Assembly (NCBI GenBank): GCA_051530055.1
Contig: CM121343.1
Location: 776,389-840,388 of the forward strand
Length of the DNA: 64,000 bases
Source: Neoechinorhynchus agilis
Taxonomy: Eukaryota > Animalia > Acanthocephala
Direction: 5' to 3'
A model generated the notes under the pieces. That model saw only the letters and a program-made list of their open reading frames with translations. It was not told where the DNA came from and ran no database searches. A program made the position numbers and the translations under genes. Below are positions 23,500 to 38,149 of the stretch, in pieces (positions within the stretch are counted from its first letter, which is position 1; every line of letters starts with the position of its first letter).

Positions 23500-24970
23500 A
23501 GTTTCTTTAGTTAAATGGCCAAAATCAAATTCAACTCTCTCTTTTGCTCTATGAAAATTAGAGGCATTCTCGTGAAATATCGCAATAAAATACGTTTTAT
23601 CTGGGATGTCTCTTGATGATTTTCTTGGTGGCTGACATCTTAGAAAACTAATTAAAAAAGACTCATAAAGATATGAAATCTTAAGCATCGTCCTAAGAGA
23701 AAGACAAGTACTCATCTCGGGATTAAAAATCAATCAATTAAACTCTTTCATTCTTCAAACAAAGAAAGGAATGCGAACCAATCAGACAAATGGAGAACGT
23801 GGCATTCGATGAGTCTATACCGACCTTGGCCGACATCTACATGCGCGGTTGGGAATCCACTTTCTTCGGTGGTGGCGTTATGTGAACGATGTATTCATTT
23901 TGACTGATTCAAACAATAACAAAGATTTACTAAATGCTGAACTGAACTGTCAAGATCCACACATACAGTGGTCAGTCAAAGAAGAGAGCATCAACGGTGA
24001 GGTCTCTTTCCTGGACGTCCTGGTCAAGCGGTCTGCACAAGGCAAAGTTAGCACGTCACTTTATCGTAAGGAGAATCTACTATGCGGACCACGATACTGG
24101 TCAAGTCACCAACCGATGAGGTATCAAATCTAGGCTGTCATGTCCTATTTCCAAAGAGCTTTTCTTATTTCCTCTACTCGATTTGCATGGAGTAGGGAAA
24201 GGGAGATGATAGTACAGGAGCTGAAAATTAGGGGATATCCCAAATGGATTATAGACCGAGGAATCAGAGGCAGTAACTACCATCCGCATAACAAAAAAAT
24301 CGTCTGCAAAGCCTGTACGCTTCGAAAGGGTGCACTTCATTGATGACGACACAGATCAAATGATCTATTCCATTAGGAGAAAGAAGGTTGGAATTTGTCT
24401 ATACAAAACTAAAGGAAACGCTCTCAGAAGCACATTCAAGAAGGGTAAAACTGAGCCGAGTCATGGGATTTATAGAATGTACTGTGAAAAGTGTAAGAAA
24501 GCTTATATCAGACAAACGATGCAAGGCATTGAGAAGAGGGTCGCTCAACATAAGCAAGCCCGCAGTCGATTTGAACATTCGTCAGCAACCTCCAATCATC
24601 AAGAGACATGTAAGCATCGAGCGGATTTGGGTGGCACCAACATTATAGAAATAGAGCAAAACTTAAAAAGACGGCTTGTTTTGGAGGCCTTGCACATCGC
24701 TGTGTCCAACACAATGGAAGGAAATAAAGCTAATTTTAGCTTAAAACTTCCAGCCAGCGACGTGTTAAAAATCAATACTAAAATCATGAGAAAAACGTAG
24801 TACATCGCAGGGGGTTCGAGCGGATAATTGGCCCCCAAACTTCGGGTTTGGCGATCCCGTGCACTCGAGCTCAAAACCTGAATAAGAAAAAGATATTATT
24901 TTTTAGATGACTGATGAGGCGAGGTCTCCTCGCGAAATATTTCCAATAAATCAAAATCAAATGTGCTATT
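23500..24970 (+). mobile_element. Penelope-like element, 5'-truncated and frameshifted: RT, GIY-YIG and 3' region with hammerhead
   Basis: PTLADIYM, WRYVNDVF, SFLDVLV, LYRK, SHQP, LKIRGYPKWII; GIY-YIG HGIYRMYCEKCKKAYIRQT..KRVAQHK..RLVLEALHI. Confidence 0.9.
24911..24941 (+). ncRNA. Minimal PLE-type hammerhead ribozyme core downstream of the GIY-YIG ORF
   Basis: CUGAUGA-G-GCGAGG(ucu)CCUCGC-GAAA-UAU-U. Stem I has only 2 bp, so it may be decayed. Confidence 0.65.
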
Positions 24971-25133
24971 ACCGGGATTATTATCGCCAAAATAATATTT
25001 CTCAAAATGATTCACCAGAACAGTTTAAAAGGCATTAAGAACGAGTGGGGTATTTTGACCGTTTTTGGCTAAAAGGAAAATGAAGCGGCTCGGAAAACCA
25101 CACCAAAAGCGACGAGATTAATTGCCTTTCACA

Positions 25134-25211
25134 CAATATTTCGTCCGTCTCGTCGAACTTCTTCAGATCTAAAAGTGACTGAAGAAGTCCGTAGAGACGG
25201 ACGAAATATTG
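25134..25211. ncRNA. Head-to-head inverted pair of minimal hammerhead cores, 12 nt apart
   Basis: Plus 25179-25211: CUGAAGA-A-GUCCGU(agag)ACGGAC-GAAA-UAUUG. Minus 25166-25134: CUGAAGA-A-GUUCG(acgaga)CGGAC-GAAA-UAUUG. Confidence 0.7.
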
Positions 25212-25507
25212 AGAATTAATGTCTATCTTCGCAATTATAAAACAATCCACGATAACAACTTTTTTACCACAGTAACTAATCGGCATCATTTGTCCTCTGA
25301 ATATGCTGATATTCTCCGATATTAATTTCTTAAGACCTGATTCGGTTTTTCGTGAACGCACCAAAATCGCTTTCCGAGTCCTTCCCTTGAATTCCGTGAG
25401 TCCGGTTGTGACGTAGCGAGGCCGGAATATTGAGAATTAATCAGAAAATCCATATCGGAATGCTAAATTTTGACTTGTGTGGTGAAGATAATCACCCGGT
25501 TACAAAT

Positions 25508-25674
25508 CATTTTATTGTACTGAAAAATTTCGAAAGAAGAAACTTCGCCTCGACAATCATTGTAAGTTGTTTCCAGATCAAATTGAAAGCTATAAAGCTG
25601 TTTTTCGCAGTGAGAGATCGTTAGCGAGATAAGGCGCGGTTTCCTCTTTCGAAATATTTCAGTACAATAAAATG
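25508..25674. repeat. Decayed inverted pair of hammerhead-derived segments homologous to 24911-24950
   Basis: Plus 25628 gataaggcgcggtttcctctttcgaaatatttcagtacaataaaatg is mirrored by 25508-25552 on the minus strand. CUGA core lost. Confidence 0.5.
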
Positions 25675-26320
25675 TCCTATCCAATTGTTCATTCGAGTGG
25701 ATGTATATTCTCAATGGCGAATTGTAACACACTCGAGTTTTATTGAACTCTTCACGGCGAATTTTCAAGGCGTCAGCCTCAAGCGCCCACAAATTCCTCC
25801 TTTTCGTTCAATTCTGCAGCTGTCGTCGTGATTGTTCGGCAGCTTCCTTGATGGCCGCGTTGGATCACCGCGCTGATTCGCTACAACAGGAAGCTGCTGG
25901 AGCGCACGTCGCCGGTGGCATATTTCCAAGTCGGGAAAGGAAATAATCGGCTTCTTTTCGGAGGCATCCCACCGCAATCGGGATGAATATATATTGATGC
26001 CCGAGAAAATTGTTGGTTAATAAGATCGAAAGCAACCTTGATCAAAAGGTGTTCACAAGATTGTATGCCTCCGAAACCAATCGGATTTAAAAACAACCAA
26101 TAATATTTACGTGGATGCTGACGTGTACACTTACCGAACTCCGGAAGAACTGTATTGGGGATAGTTCTAATTTCTTAGTGTAAGAAATGCTCTAGAGGCC
26201 GATTTCAGTGAGTTTTGACGCGAGGTTTACAGATCTGCTGGCGTATCGCTCAGCAAAATTGAAGCTTCCAGGAAAAATACCAATTCGTCGTGTTTATCCG
26301 CTGTATTGGAATTGTTCAAG

Positions 26321-27065
<745 letters not shown>

Positions 27066-27763
27066 AGAGCGAAGATTGGCCCTCAGCAGCTTCTTTCGTG
27101 TGATTAAGAATCCTAGAAAAATAAATAACATCGCGAATGACTTTTTGAAAATTTACTTGGGTTTCTTATCGAAAATATTCTGTCTTCTTAAATTTTTATC
27201 GATTCCTATTGTTTTCTGAACAAATCAATCTTTTATTGTGTGTGTGAAATACGCCTTTAAAGGTTTCTTTGGCTTACTTTTGGTGCCGAACTTTTGATTT
27301 TTTTTTATAAAAATGTTTTAAATTTCAACCTTTAATGGCGAAACATCTTTATCATCATTTTCTTCTTCGAGGATTGAGCGTTCTCTTTTCTGTATCGCTC
27401 ATTCTCCGGTGAAACTGATTGAGTATTGTTGCAATTAGCCAGTTTGCTTTTAAAATGTAAAGTGACGGATCGAGGCATTCCTGAAAAAAAAGTACCAAGG
27501 AAGCACCCTTTTCCCCGTCATCTCGGCTTAAATCGACCGATTGATTTTAGCGAAGGTTAGGCCCTGCACTTCCCCATTTTCCATAAGTCAAAGGGTGGTT
27601 TCCATTATTCCCGTCAACCTTTTATCTAATCAGAATTGATCTCATTTAGTGTTCATTTATGATGTACCGAAGATGTCCTGAGCTTTTCGCCTCAATTTTA
27701 AATACTGTTTTTATGTTTGAAGATTGAACTATTCAGGCTTGTTTATCACGGGAAAATAAATGG

Positions 27764-27959
27764 AATTTTCGTCTTCGGTGAGCCGTCACCACCCCGAGAA
27801 TCAAACATTAATTATTGAATTAAATATTTCGGAACCTGAGTTCCCTCTTCAGTAATCAAAAAATAATTTGCTGAAGAGGGAACTCAGGTTCCGAAATATT
27901 TAATTCAATAATTAATGTTAAATTCTCGGAGTAGTGACAGCTCACCGAAGACCAAAATT
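27764..27959. ncRNA. Palindrome (49 bp perfect core stem, ~85 bp imperfect arms) carrying a head-to-head hammerhead pair
   Basis: Plus 27871-27900: CUGAAGA-G-GGAAC(ucag)GUUCC-GAAA-UAUU. The minus copy (27857-27818) also has a 5 bp stem I, GAUUA/UAAUU. Confidence 0.8.
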
Positions 27960-28049
27960 AGATTGCCCTCCGAATGTAATTCTCAAAGAAATGGATTTTA
28001 TTAAACACTGCAAAAAAAGAAGCTTTATGACTTTTATTTTGAAACAATT

Positions 28050-28305
28050 TACAACCTTGATCAAAATGCGTACAAGATTACGGTTCGAAATATCGGATTT
28101 AATAAATTCTTTTATTTTTTTCCGTCATAAACAAGCACTGGTTGTTTTATATTTTCTTATGTGTATTTTGTTGGAATTATTGTTATTTTAGAAGTCTTCA
28201 CCCGCGGTAAATGATTTCTTTTCGATTAAAAAGGGTTCTGTGAACCTCGTCCTTGGGTTCATCATCACTTCTAAACAATAATTCCAATCACATTCCCCGG
28301 CACCT
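28050..28305. repeat. Dispersed repeat shared with about 37020-37330 (inside the BTBD10/KCTD20 intron)
   Basis: ttggaattattgttattttagaagtcttcacc...ctaaacaataattccaatcacattccccgg and the ttgat..aa.gcgtacaa..cgaaatatcg block occur at both loci. Confidence 0.7.
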
Positions 28306-28448
28306 CCTCGCGAAAATCGACATTTTTGTATTTGTCATTATTTAGGTCGCTTGTCAATACCCAAGATCCCAAAGACAAGGGAATCGATAAAATGACTGAT
28401 TCAATCGGTTAGTTGGTTGATTGTCGAGACTGATTTCTCAACCGCATG

Positions 28449-28936
28449 TTGTCATTTTATTTAACGAATTTCCGCGATTAAGAACACCGATATTTCGGAG
28501 TTTTCTACTTCAAGGTCCAACAAAACACAAATACAATCTATAATGGTAGTCAGAACAAAGTCAATGGGAAACTTCAATCTACTTTTATAGATTGTATGTG
28601 TTATTTGTTGATTTTGTCAGCTATTTTCTCGATCGGGATGTGCATTAGCAATTTCGGCGGTCGGAGGAACTTTTGTTTTTTTACAACCACTTGAACTCCG
28701 ATGAAACGTTAAGAGTTCGTACGTTCCGGAGAAATCTACGAACTCTTAACGTTTCATCCGACTTAAAAAGTGTGTAAAAAAACAACAGTTCCTCCGACCG
28801 CCGAAATTACTAATCCACATCAATAGTAATATAGATTGTATGTGTGTTTTATTGGACCTTGAAGAAGAAAACTCCGAAATATCGGTCCAAAATGAAAACA
28901 TTTGTTCTTAATCGTGGAAATTACTTAAAATGACAA
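28449..28936. repeat. Nested ~490 bp imperfect palindrome; outer arms hold decayed hammerhead-like cores; inner palindrome at 28638-28821
   Basis: Plus 28854-28888: GGACC-UUGAAGA-agaaaacucc-GAAA-UAU-C-GGUCC, mirrored at 28486-28518. Inner arms share gatgaaacgttaagagttcgta. Confidence 0.75.
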
Positions 28937-29689
28937 TTATATAAAGAGAAAATCCACAGGGGTGAAGATAATCCCGATTAAAAATAATTTACAATCAGTC
29001 GAAATATTCATTCGTCTTCAATGATCCCTCCAGTCGGGTGTCGACAAGCGTCAAAAATACAATCTTCAATGGCTTCCTTGTTTCATTTCTCTTCAGACTT
29101 TGCAGAGACTTCCTACGTTTTGATTATAAGCGAAAAAGCTCTTTTATAGAAAATAATCACCAGTTTTTTAAATGGATTAAACAATTTTTCATGGTAAATA
29201 ACTGCGACATGTTCCTATTCGGCCTTTTACACATTTTCTTGTCCTCGGAATTAGTTATTTTTGGATGAAAACAATGGCCAATTGTGCTTTATCGTCACGA
29301 TACCGCAGTTAATGAGCACTTCTCGGTTGCTTTTTTACTGCTTATAAATCGTTCATTGGCCTAATACAGTGAGTAATTTGATAAAATTGATGAGGAGGTT
29401 ATAATTTATTCCATAGATAAACGAATACATTTTTAAGATTACAATAGAGCAATTTATTATTTTCTTCGATTAGTGAAGATTCATGAGAGGTTTGTAAGCA
29501 ATATTGTGTTTTTTCACACACATATGAATTTTGTAGATTTGTTTTATGATATAGAGACTGATTCTAACGATGAGTTTTACGAACATCTAAAGCATTAAAT
29601 ATTCTTCATATTTTGAATTTCGTCCATATTACCATTTTTGAGTACGAAGAAGCGGGCTGGAACACGATAATTTTAAAGACGGATTCCTA

Positions 29690-30700
29690 ATGTTACATAG
29701 ATCAAAAATACCCATGTCTTCTCTTATTTGCACAAGTATTCGACGTTATACTGCTATCAGTGTAAGAAATTATGCTCGGAGATCTCCGAACGATGGCGTT
29801 CAAAACGGTGTGTTCAATATAAAACGGGCATCCTTGTGCTGTGGCTTAATCGTTGTATCCTCATACGGATTTGCTTCTATTTGTCAATATGAAAACCGAA
29901 AAAACTATTTCCGGACTGCCATCAAAGACATTTATAGTGATCCGAAGCCTCGACGGACAATGTCAAACGAACACTTAATGGTATGCTAAAACGTATTTGA
30001 ACATATCAGTACTTATCTAGCTTACTCCTGGACAACGAATGGTTTTGCCAATATTTATGATGAACGGTGCTGTATTTTTAGCTTGGAGGATGAAGCAATT
30101 GATACCTTTAATGCGACGATACTTTTTATCTCATACTAATTCAAGTAAGTTTTAGTCATGGCTTCAATTTAATTATGTCAAAATAGCAAAGTACTTCTCT
30201 CAACTAACACTTCCTGCTTTCTCCCACACGAGCGGTACTCATTTGTTTGTCAATATGTTTGTGCTTTGGTCATTGGCCGATGGAGCTCATAGAATGTGGG
30301 GATCAGAGCAATTTTACGCCACATATCTCTCAGCAGGTAACTTTTCCTATCACTCAATATTGTGGAATAAAGGTTTTATTGTATAGCGTCCGTTTCAATC
30401 CTTGGCAGTCAAATCGTAAAATTCATACGCTCCCAAAAGACGGTGTCACTTGGTGCTGTAAGATTATCTTTCTTTTATTCACCCTAAAATTATTGTTTAG
30501 TCAGGTTCAATAATGGCAACTATAGCATCCATCTGCTGTCAATATCCGGACTCACGAATGATGATAATATTTCTGCCGTTCTTCTCATTCTCAGCAGACA
30601 CTGCATTAAAAGGCATTCTAATATTCGATACCATGGGTTTAATATTTGGATACTTGCGACTTGATCATGCTGCCCACTTGGCAGGCGCCCTTTTCGGCAT
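29690..30700 (+). CDS. PARL: Mitochondrial rhomboid protease PARL-like, at least 5 exons; last exon not resolved
   Basis: Introns 29981-30020, 30145-30186, 30337-30386 and 30458-30500 (40-50 nt, GT-AG) give LTPGQRMV, FSHTSGTHLFVNMFVLWS, GSEQFYATYLSA, SLGA|SGSI and DHAAHLAGALFG (Ser/His dyad intact). Confidence 0.9.
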
Positions 30701-30889
30701 GTATGTTAAACAATGTTCAATTTTATGCGCTTCATTTCTTTGTCCAACTTTCTTTTCATCACACCTTAGAGCCCTATCTTCACACTCAATTATAATCGTG
30801 TCTCATTTCGTCTATATTGGTCACCCTTTTATATTCATTTATTATCAAAGCCTCATACACTTGTTGGTCTTTCTTGTATATTCATATCT

Positions 30890-31145
30890 GCTTGATTTCA
30901 ACTTGGGCTGAGTGTTGGACTGATCAGGTCCCTCAGCCTCTGTTGAGCCTCTCGGCTATATTCCTTTGGGAGCCTTTCGGCTGACTTGCACACAACGGAG
31001 GCGCTTGGCCGCACTCGAAGGAACAGGGCCAACCCCCTTTTGGGGCCGATGGGCGATCTCAAACCTGACCCCCGCCCTTCCAGCAGCCTCGCACCACCGT
31101 GGAACCCAGCGACCGGTGGCGTTGAACCTTCGACATACCAAGCAC
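30890..31145 (-). ncRNA. Candidate structured RNA of unknown class (GC-rich island with multiple stems)
   Basis: Minus strand: AGCC-GAAA-GGCU and AGCC-GAGA-GGCU inside a 10 bp closing helix, several other hairpins, and end-to-end pairing GCUUGGU..UUCAAC / GUUGAA-AUCAAGC. Strand uncertain. Confidence 0.4.
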
Positions 31146-31237
31146 ATTATGAACGCGCACAAACGTTTTAACCGCAACGTTGTTTGGTTTTCGTTCATCG
31201 ACGAATTTAGTATACTGCGTAGAGTTTACGAAAATGT

Positions 31238-31349
31238 TGATGTTTGGCGCAATTGAGCGCATTATAGATTAATTTTCGGCCTGAGCGTGGGTGCGAAACA
31301 ATATTTGAAGAAGACCCACGCTCAGGCCCTTAATTGCGCCAAATATCAA
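31238..31349. repeat. Two-segment hairpin (16 bp and 15 bp stems)
   Basis: gatgtttggcgcaatt/aattgcgccaaatatc and ggcctgagcgtgggt/acccacgctcaggcc. Confidence 0.8.
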
Positions 31350-32334
31350 TTTAACAATGGCAAATATATATTCAATTTACGAAAATGATCAAATGTTTGG
31401 AATAATGATATCGCTACCATTTTGTGATCTCTTTAGAGCCATATTTGAACAAACACGTTTTATTTTTGAAACAAAGTTTGTTAGATAACAAGAATTGGAG
31501 CATCGATGAAGTTAGGGTAATCGTTAGTGTGATTATACGAAATATTTCAATATAATTTTTCCGAACAGCCATATAATCGTTATTTGAGCGCGTCCGCATT
31601 CCATAGATGCAATCCAATATTGTTTATCGCTCAAACCGAACATTGTACCTAAAGTATCCAGTGAATACTCTGCTCTTTCCTCTGAACCAATTCGTATTTG
31701 AAGGATTGAACTGTTGGTGTCAATAGTTTAATTTTTTTTGGGGGGGGGCGGATTCGTTTACTTGTGCCGAGTGAAAACTTTGATCAAAAGTTCGATTTTA
31801 TGGACAATGAACGCTGAAATTGGTTTATTAACTCTCGTTTGCACCTTCGAATGCCCCATTTGCATCATATCAACAAATTCCAGAACTGACCACAGTGGTC
31901 TTTGCGTGACTGATCGGATCCTCGATTGCGAGATGTTGCTGGGTTTAGTTCGCTTTTTCACTGGATTATGCAAATACCGTTCAAAACCGACACTTTGACA
32001 ATATACCCGTTTCTTTTACATCCTCCACATAATGAAGTCGTCAATCGTGTAGAAACTCTATAGTTAAATGCTATCGATGAATACTCATCAATCGGGGTTA
32101 ATCAATTGTTTTATTATTATTCCCACACTTTTTCATTAAGAATTAAAACGATTGTTCAATATGAACGCATTATACTTTAGGTGGTACGTAAAGTATGGGC
32201 ATCAATATTTATGGGACCGTAGACATCGGATTATTAAGTTGTATTCGCGTATCACAAAACGTTAAAAATGTGGAAGAGTGACCAAAAAATTAAGTTTTTC
32301 CGTTTTTTGTAAAATTGTACCAATTTTTGCAGAT

Positions 32335-33694
32335 ATGTCGAGCGTCTCCGATTCGCAGACTGACCGTCGATCTAAGATTTTGTTTGGCGTTAGTAATCAG
32401 CGACTAGGACGACAAATAAGTTTGGTAATGTTGATTGAGGACGAAATCATCGACCCTGGAGCCGAGGTTTTATCGATTGATTATAGAGGAAAAACATACA
32501 AAGCTGATTTATTGCACGACGGGAAGATTATTTTTAAGAACACTTTAACTGGTAAAGATGAATGTTTTAATACGCCGAGTGCATGGGCAATATACTGCAA
32601 GCGTCTTCAGAATCCCGGGAGGCGGTCTGGTTGTGGATGGGGATCCGTAAAGTACAAGGGAAAGAAACTTGATTATTGGAAGTTAATGTGGTGTAGGCAT
32701 TTATGTGTTCACAATGATACAGAATCGGACGAGCCAGAACAAATCGTATGCAAATCCACGAGCGATGAAATCGATAGTATTTGTGATATTGATTCGAGTT
32801 GCTCAAATGTTTCGATTTTCTCTTGGATACATTAAGTGAGAATCGATCCAACTATCAGCCCATGATCACTACTGTTTTGGAACCGTTCATTCGCACTTAC
32901 ACGAACGAATTACGTCCGTTTCAACAATAGAACCCTACTTTATCAAATCGATTCCTATCACCACTCATTTAAACACTTCCATTAATAATCTACCGAATTT
33001 CCAAATTGACTTCGACATTTCGGCTTTAATTACTCTTATGATCAGAATGTTTATTTGTCCGTTACCTGGCTATTTATCAGGATATTTGATGAACGGTACA
33101 CTTCGAATCGCACACATTTTACCCAAAAACTACCACGAGCGTCTTCAATCAAAGTTTGGTTACCGTGAATCGATCGATGTCCACAAATCGATTTTCCAAT
33201 CACTCGCAAAGCAAATGAAGATATGTGGATGGTATCACGCACACACGGCGTCTTCTATTCTCGAGATGAGTAAATTCGATCTTGTACTTGATTCCAATTA
33301 CGACAGTTTGAGGACGCAAAGTGTAATTCCATGGATTGCTGTCATTTTAGGCGGAAGTCGAGTCAATGATAAATCCTGGCTTCTTCAGAGACTTTGCGCC
33401 TATTTCACCGTTACTTTTTGCGATTCGAATCAACGACAATTCACTGGACCCGTACGAATCGATCAAATTTGTTTCAGTGGAATCGATAAAGATGTTCAAA
33501 AATTCAATATGGATATGCTAATAGAAGACATTAATCAATGCAATCATGAGTTTATTGAAAGTCTGAATAAGCGTTTCCGAGATCTTGCGGTTTTACTTGA
33601 CTTTGAACCGGCTTTACTCCCCAAGAATGCTCATGAATTGTTTCATGATTATGTGCGTGAGATTTTGAACCGATTGAAGACTCAGAGAACTTAA
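32335..33694 (+). CDS. MPND: MPN domain-containing protein (RAMA plus MPN/JAB domain); unresolved break at about 32833-32875
   Basis: RAMA: ISLVMLIEDEIIDPGAEVLSIDYRGKTYKADLLHDGKI..FNTPSAWAIYCKRLQNPGRRSGCGWGSVKYKGKKL. MPN: GYLSG..LRIAHILP..ICGWYHAH. Confidence 0.85.
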
Positions 33695-33987
33695 GAAATT
33701 TTTGTTTAAAGTATTTACTGCTAATTGAATTGTGACGTCATAAACACGTTGTCCTGCAAAACTGATTTGATTGACAGAGAACACGGAAGAAAGTACTATC
33801 GATTAAGCAATTCAAAAGTCTAATTTTGAAATGAACATTCCAAACGCGTTTAAGAGATTGGACAGATTTCGCGCTCTCGTGATGAGTCATCTTCGAATGA
33901 GCAGCGTGCAGTTTGATTGCTCGAAAAAGCCTAAATTCATAACTGATTTTGGCATTTGATGATAAATTTAGCTTCTCTTTTAGAATC

Positions 33988-34713
33988 ATGAGACAGTCTC
34001 GAGACAGCCAGCACAATAGTGGGTCTGCCCGGTACAACCGGCATCTTTCATCCCGAAGATCACCTTCACTGAGATCGCGTCTACATCCCAGGAGTCCGGA
34101 ATATCGGTCTCATCATCATCAACGCCAAGATACCCGTAATAATTCGCCTCCTTCCGTCGGGAATGAACAAAGTCAAGACCGCTTCAGAGCAATCAGGGAT
34201 ATATTTGGAGCTTCTTTACGGAACTTTGAAGAACCGCACGTTCAACCGACCCAATGTAAAGTGTCCCGTGATCCGTTTTTGGAAGAACTGGGACCACATG
34301 ATTGGCATTTTGCCTCAGACATTCCACCTTCAGAAGTTCCGAATTGCGAATTTCGAGTTATTGAACATCGCTCCGTTCGGATGAACGATGATGTGTCGCA
34401 ATCTCCATTCTTTGTTGCCAAAGGATCAAACGGGTACTCTGAATCCGTGCCTCTTAGTTCAATTAGATCACCGTACAGTTCACCAGAGGAACGATCCTTT
34501 GCTTGTTGTGATAATTGTTCAAGGGGTCTTAACCATCACGCGGAAAAGGAAGACGACAGTAGAGATACTGGAATGGAAGAGCTTGAGGATTTAAATCTAA
34601 GGGTTTTACGCGCCACTCGTAAAGAGATTATCTCAAGAATCGGGAAAATCGAGAAAGAGTTAGAAAGTTTAGATGCTGAAATTGCAATATTGAGAGGAAG
34701 AAAAGGACCGTAA
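33988..34713 (+). CDS. Hypothetical ~241 aa protein: R/S-rich N-terminus and C-terminal coiled coil weakly resembling the NCoR GPS2-binding helix
   Basis: Uninterrupted ATG ORF; LRATRKEIISRIGKIEKELESLDAEIAIL. Confidence 0.5.
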   Translation: MRQSRDSQHNSGSARYNRHLSSRRSPSLRSRLHPRSPEYRSHHHQRQDTRNNSPPSVGNEQSQDRFRAIRDIFGASLRNFEEPHVQPTQCKVSRDPFLEELGPHDWHFASDIPPSEVPNCEFRVIEHRSVRMNDDVSQSPFFVAKGSNGYSESVPLSSIRSPYSSPEERSFACCDNCSRGLNHHAEKEDDSRDTGMEELEDLNLRVLRATRKEIISRIGKIEKELESLDAEIAILRGRKGP

Positions 34714-34808
34714 GAGAGGTTAGATCATTATCGGAAAAACGAATATTATTCTTAGAGGAGGGTGTGCGTTCGATCAAAAATCACACAAACTATTTCGTCC
34801 GTCCACTT

Positions 34809-38118
<3,310 letters not shown>

Positions 38119-38149
38119 CTAGAAACGGAATTGATACCTTTATGAACTA

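Noticed and set aside
25463-25792. 109 aa minus-strand ORF
   Set aside because: It overlaps the decayed hammerhead palindrome (25508-25674), so it is probably a chance ORF.
25750-25990. Minus-strand frame with two TGA codons that reads plausibly if TGA = Trp (alternative code or read-through)
   Set aside because: Conserved genes here use TGG for Trp, and other breaks involve TAA or TAG. No family was recognised; a decayed or spliced unknown gene is more likely.
30905-31010. HDV-like ribozyme fold on the plus strand (GGGCUGA/UCAGCCU P1 with G-U; GGUCCC..GCCUC resemblance)
   Set aside because: No P1.1 (L3 lacks CC and no GG follows P1), and the J4/2 catalytic C-N-R-A pattern is not met.
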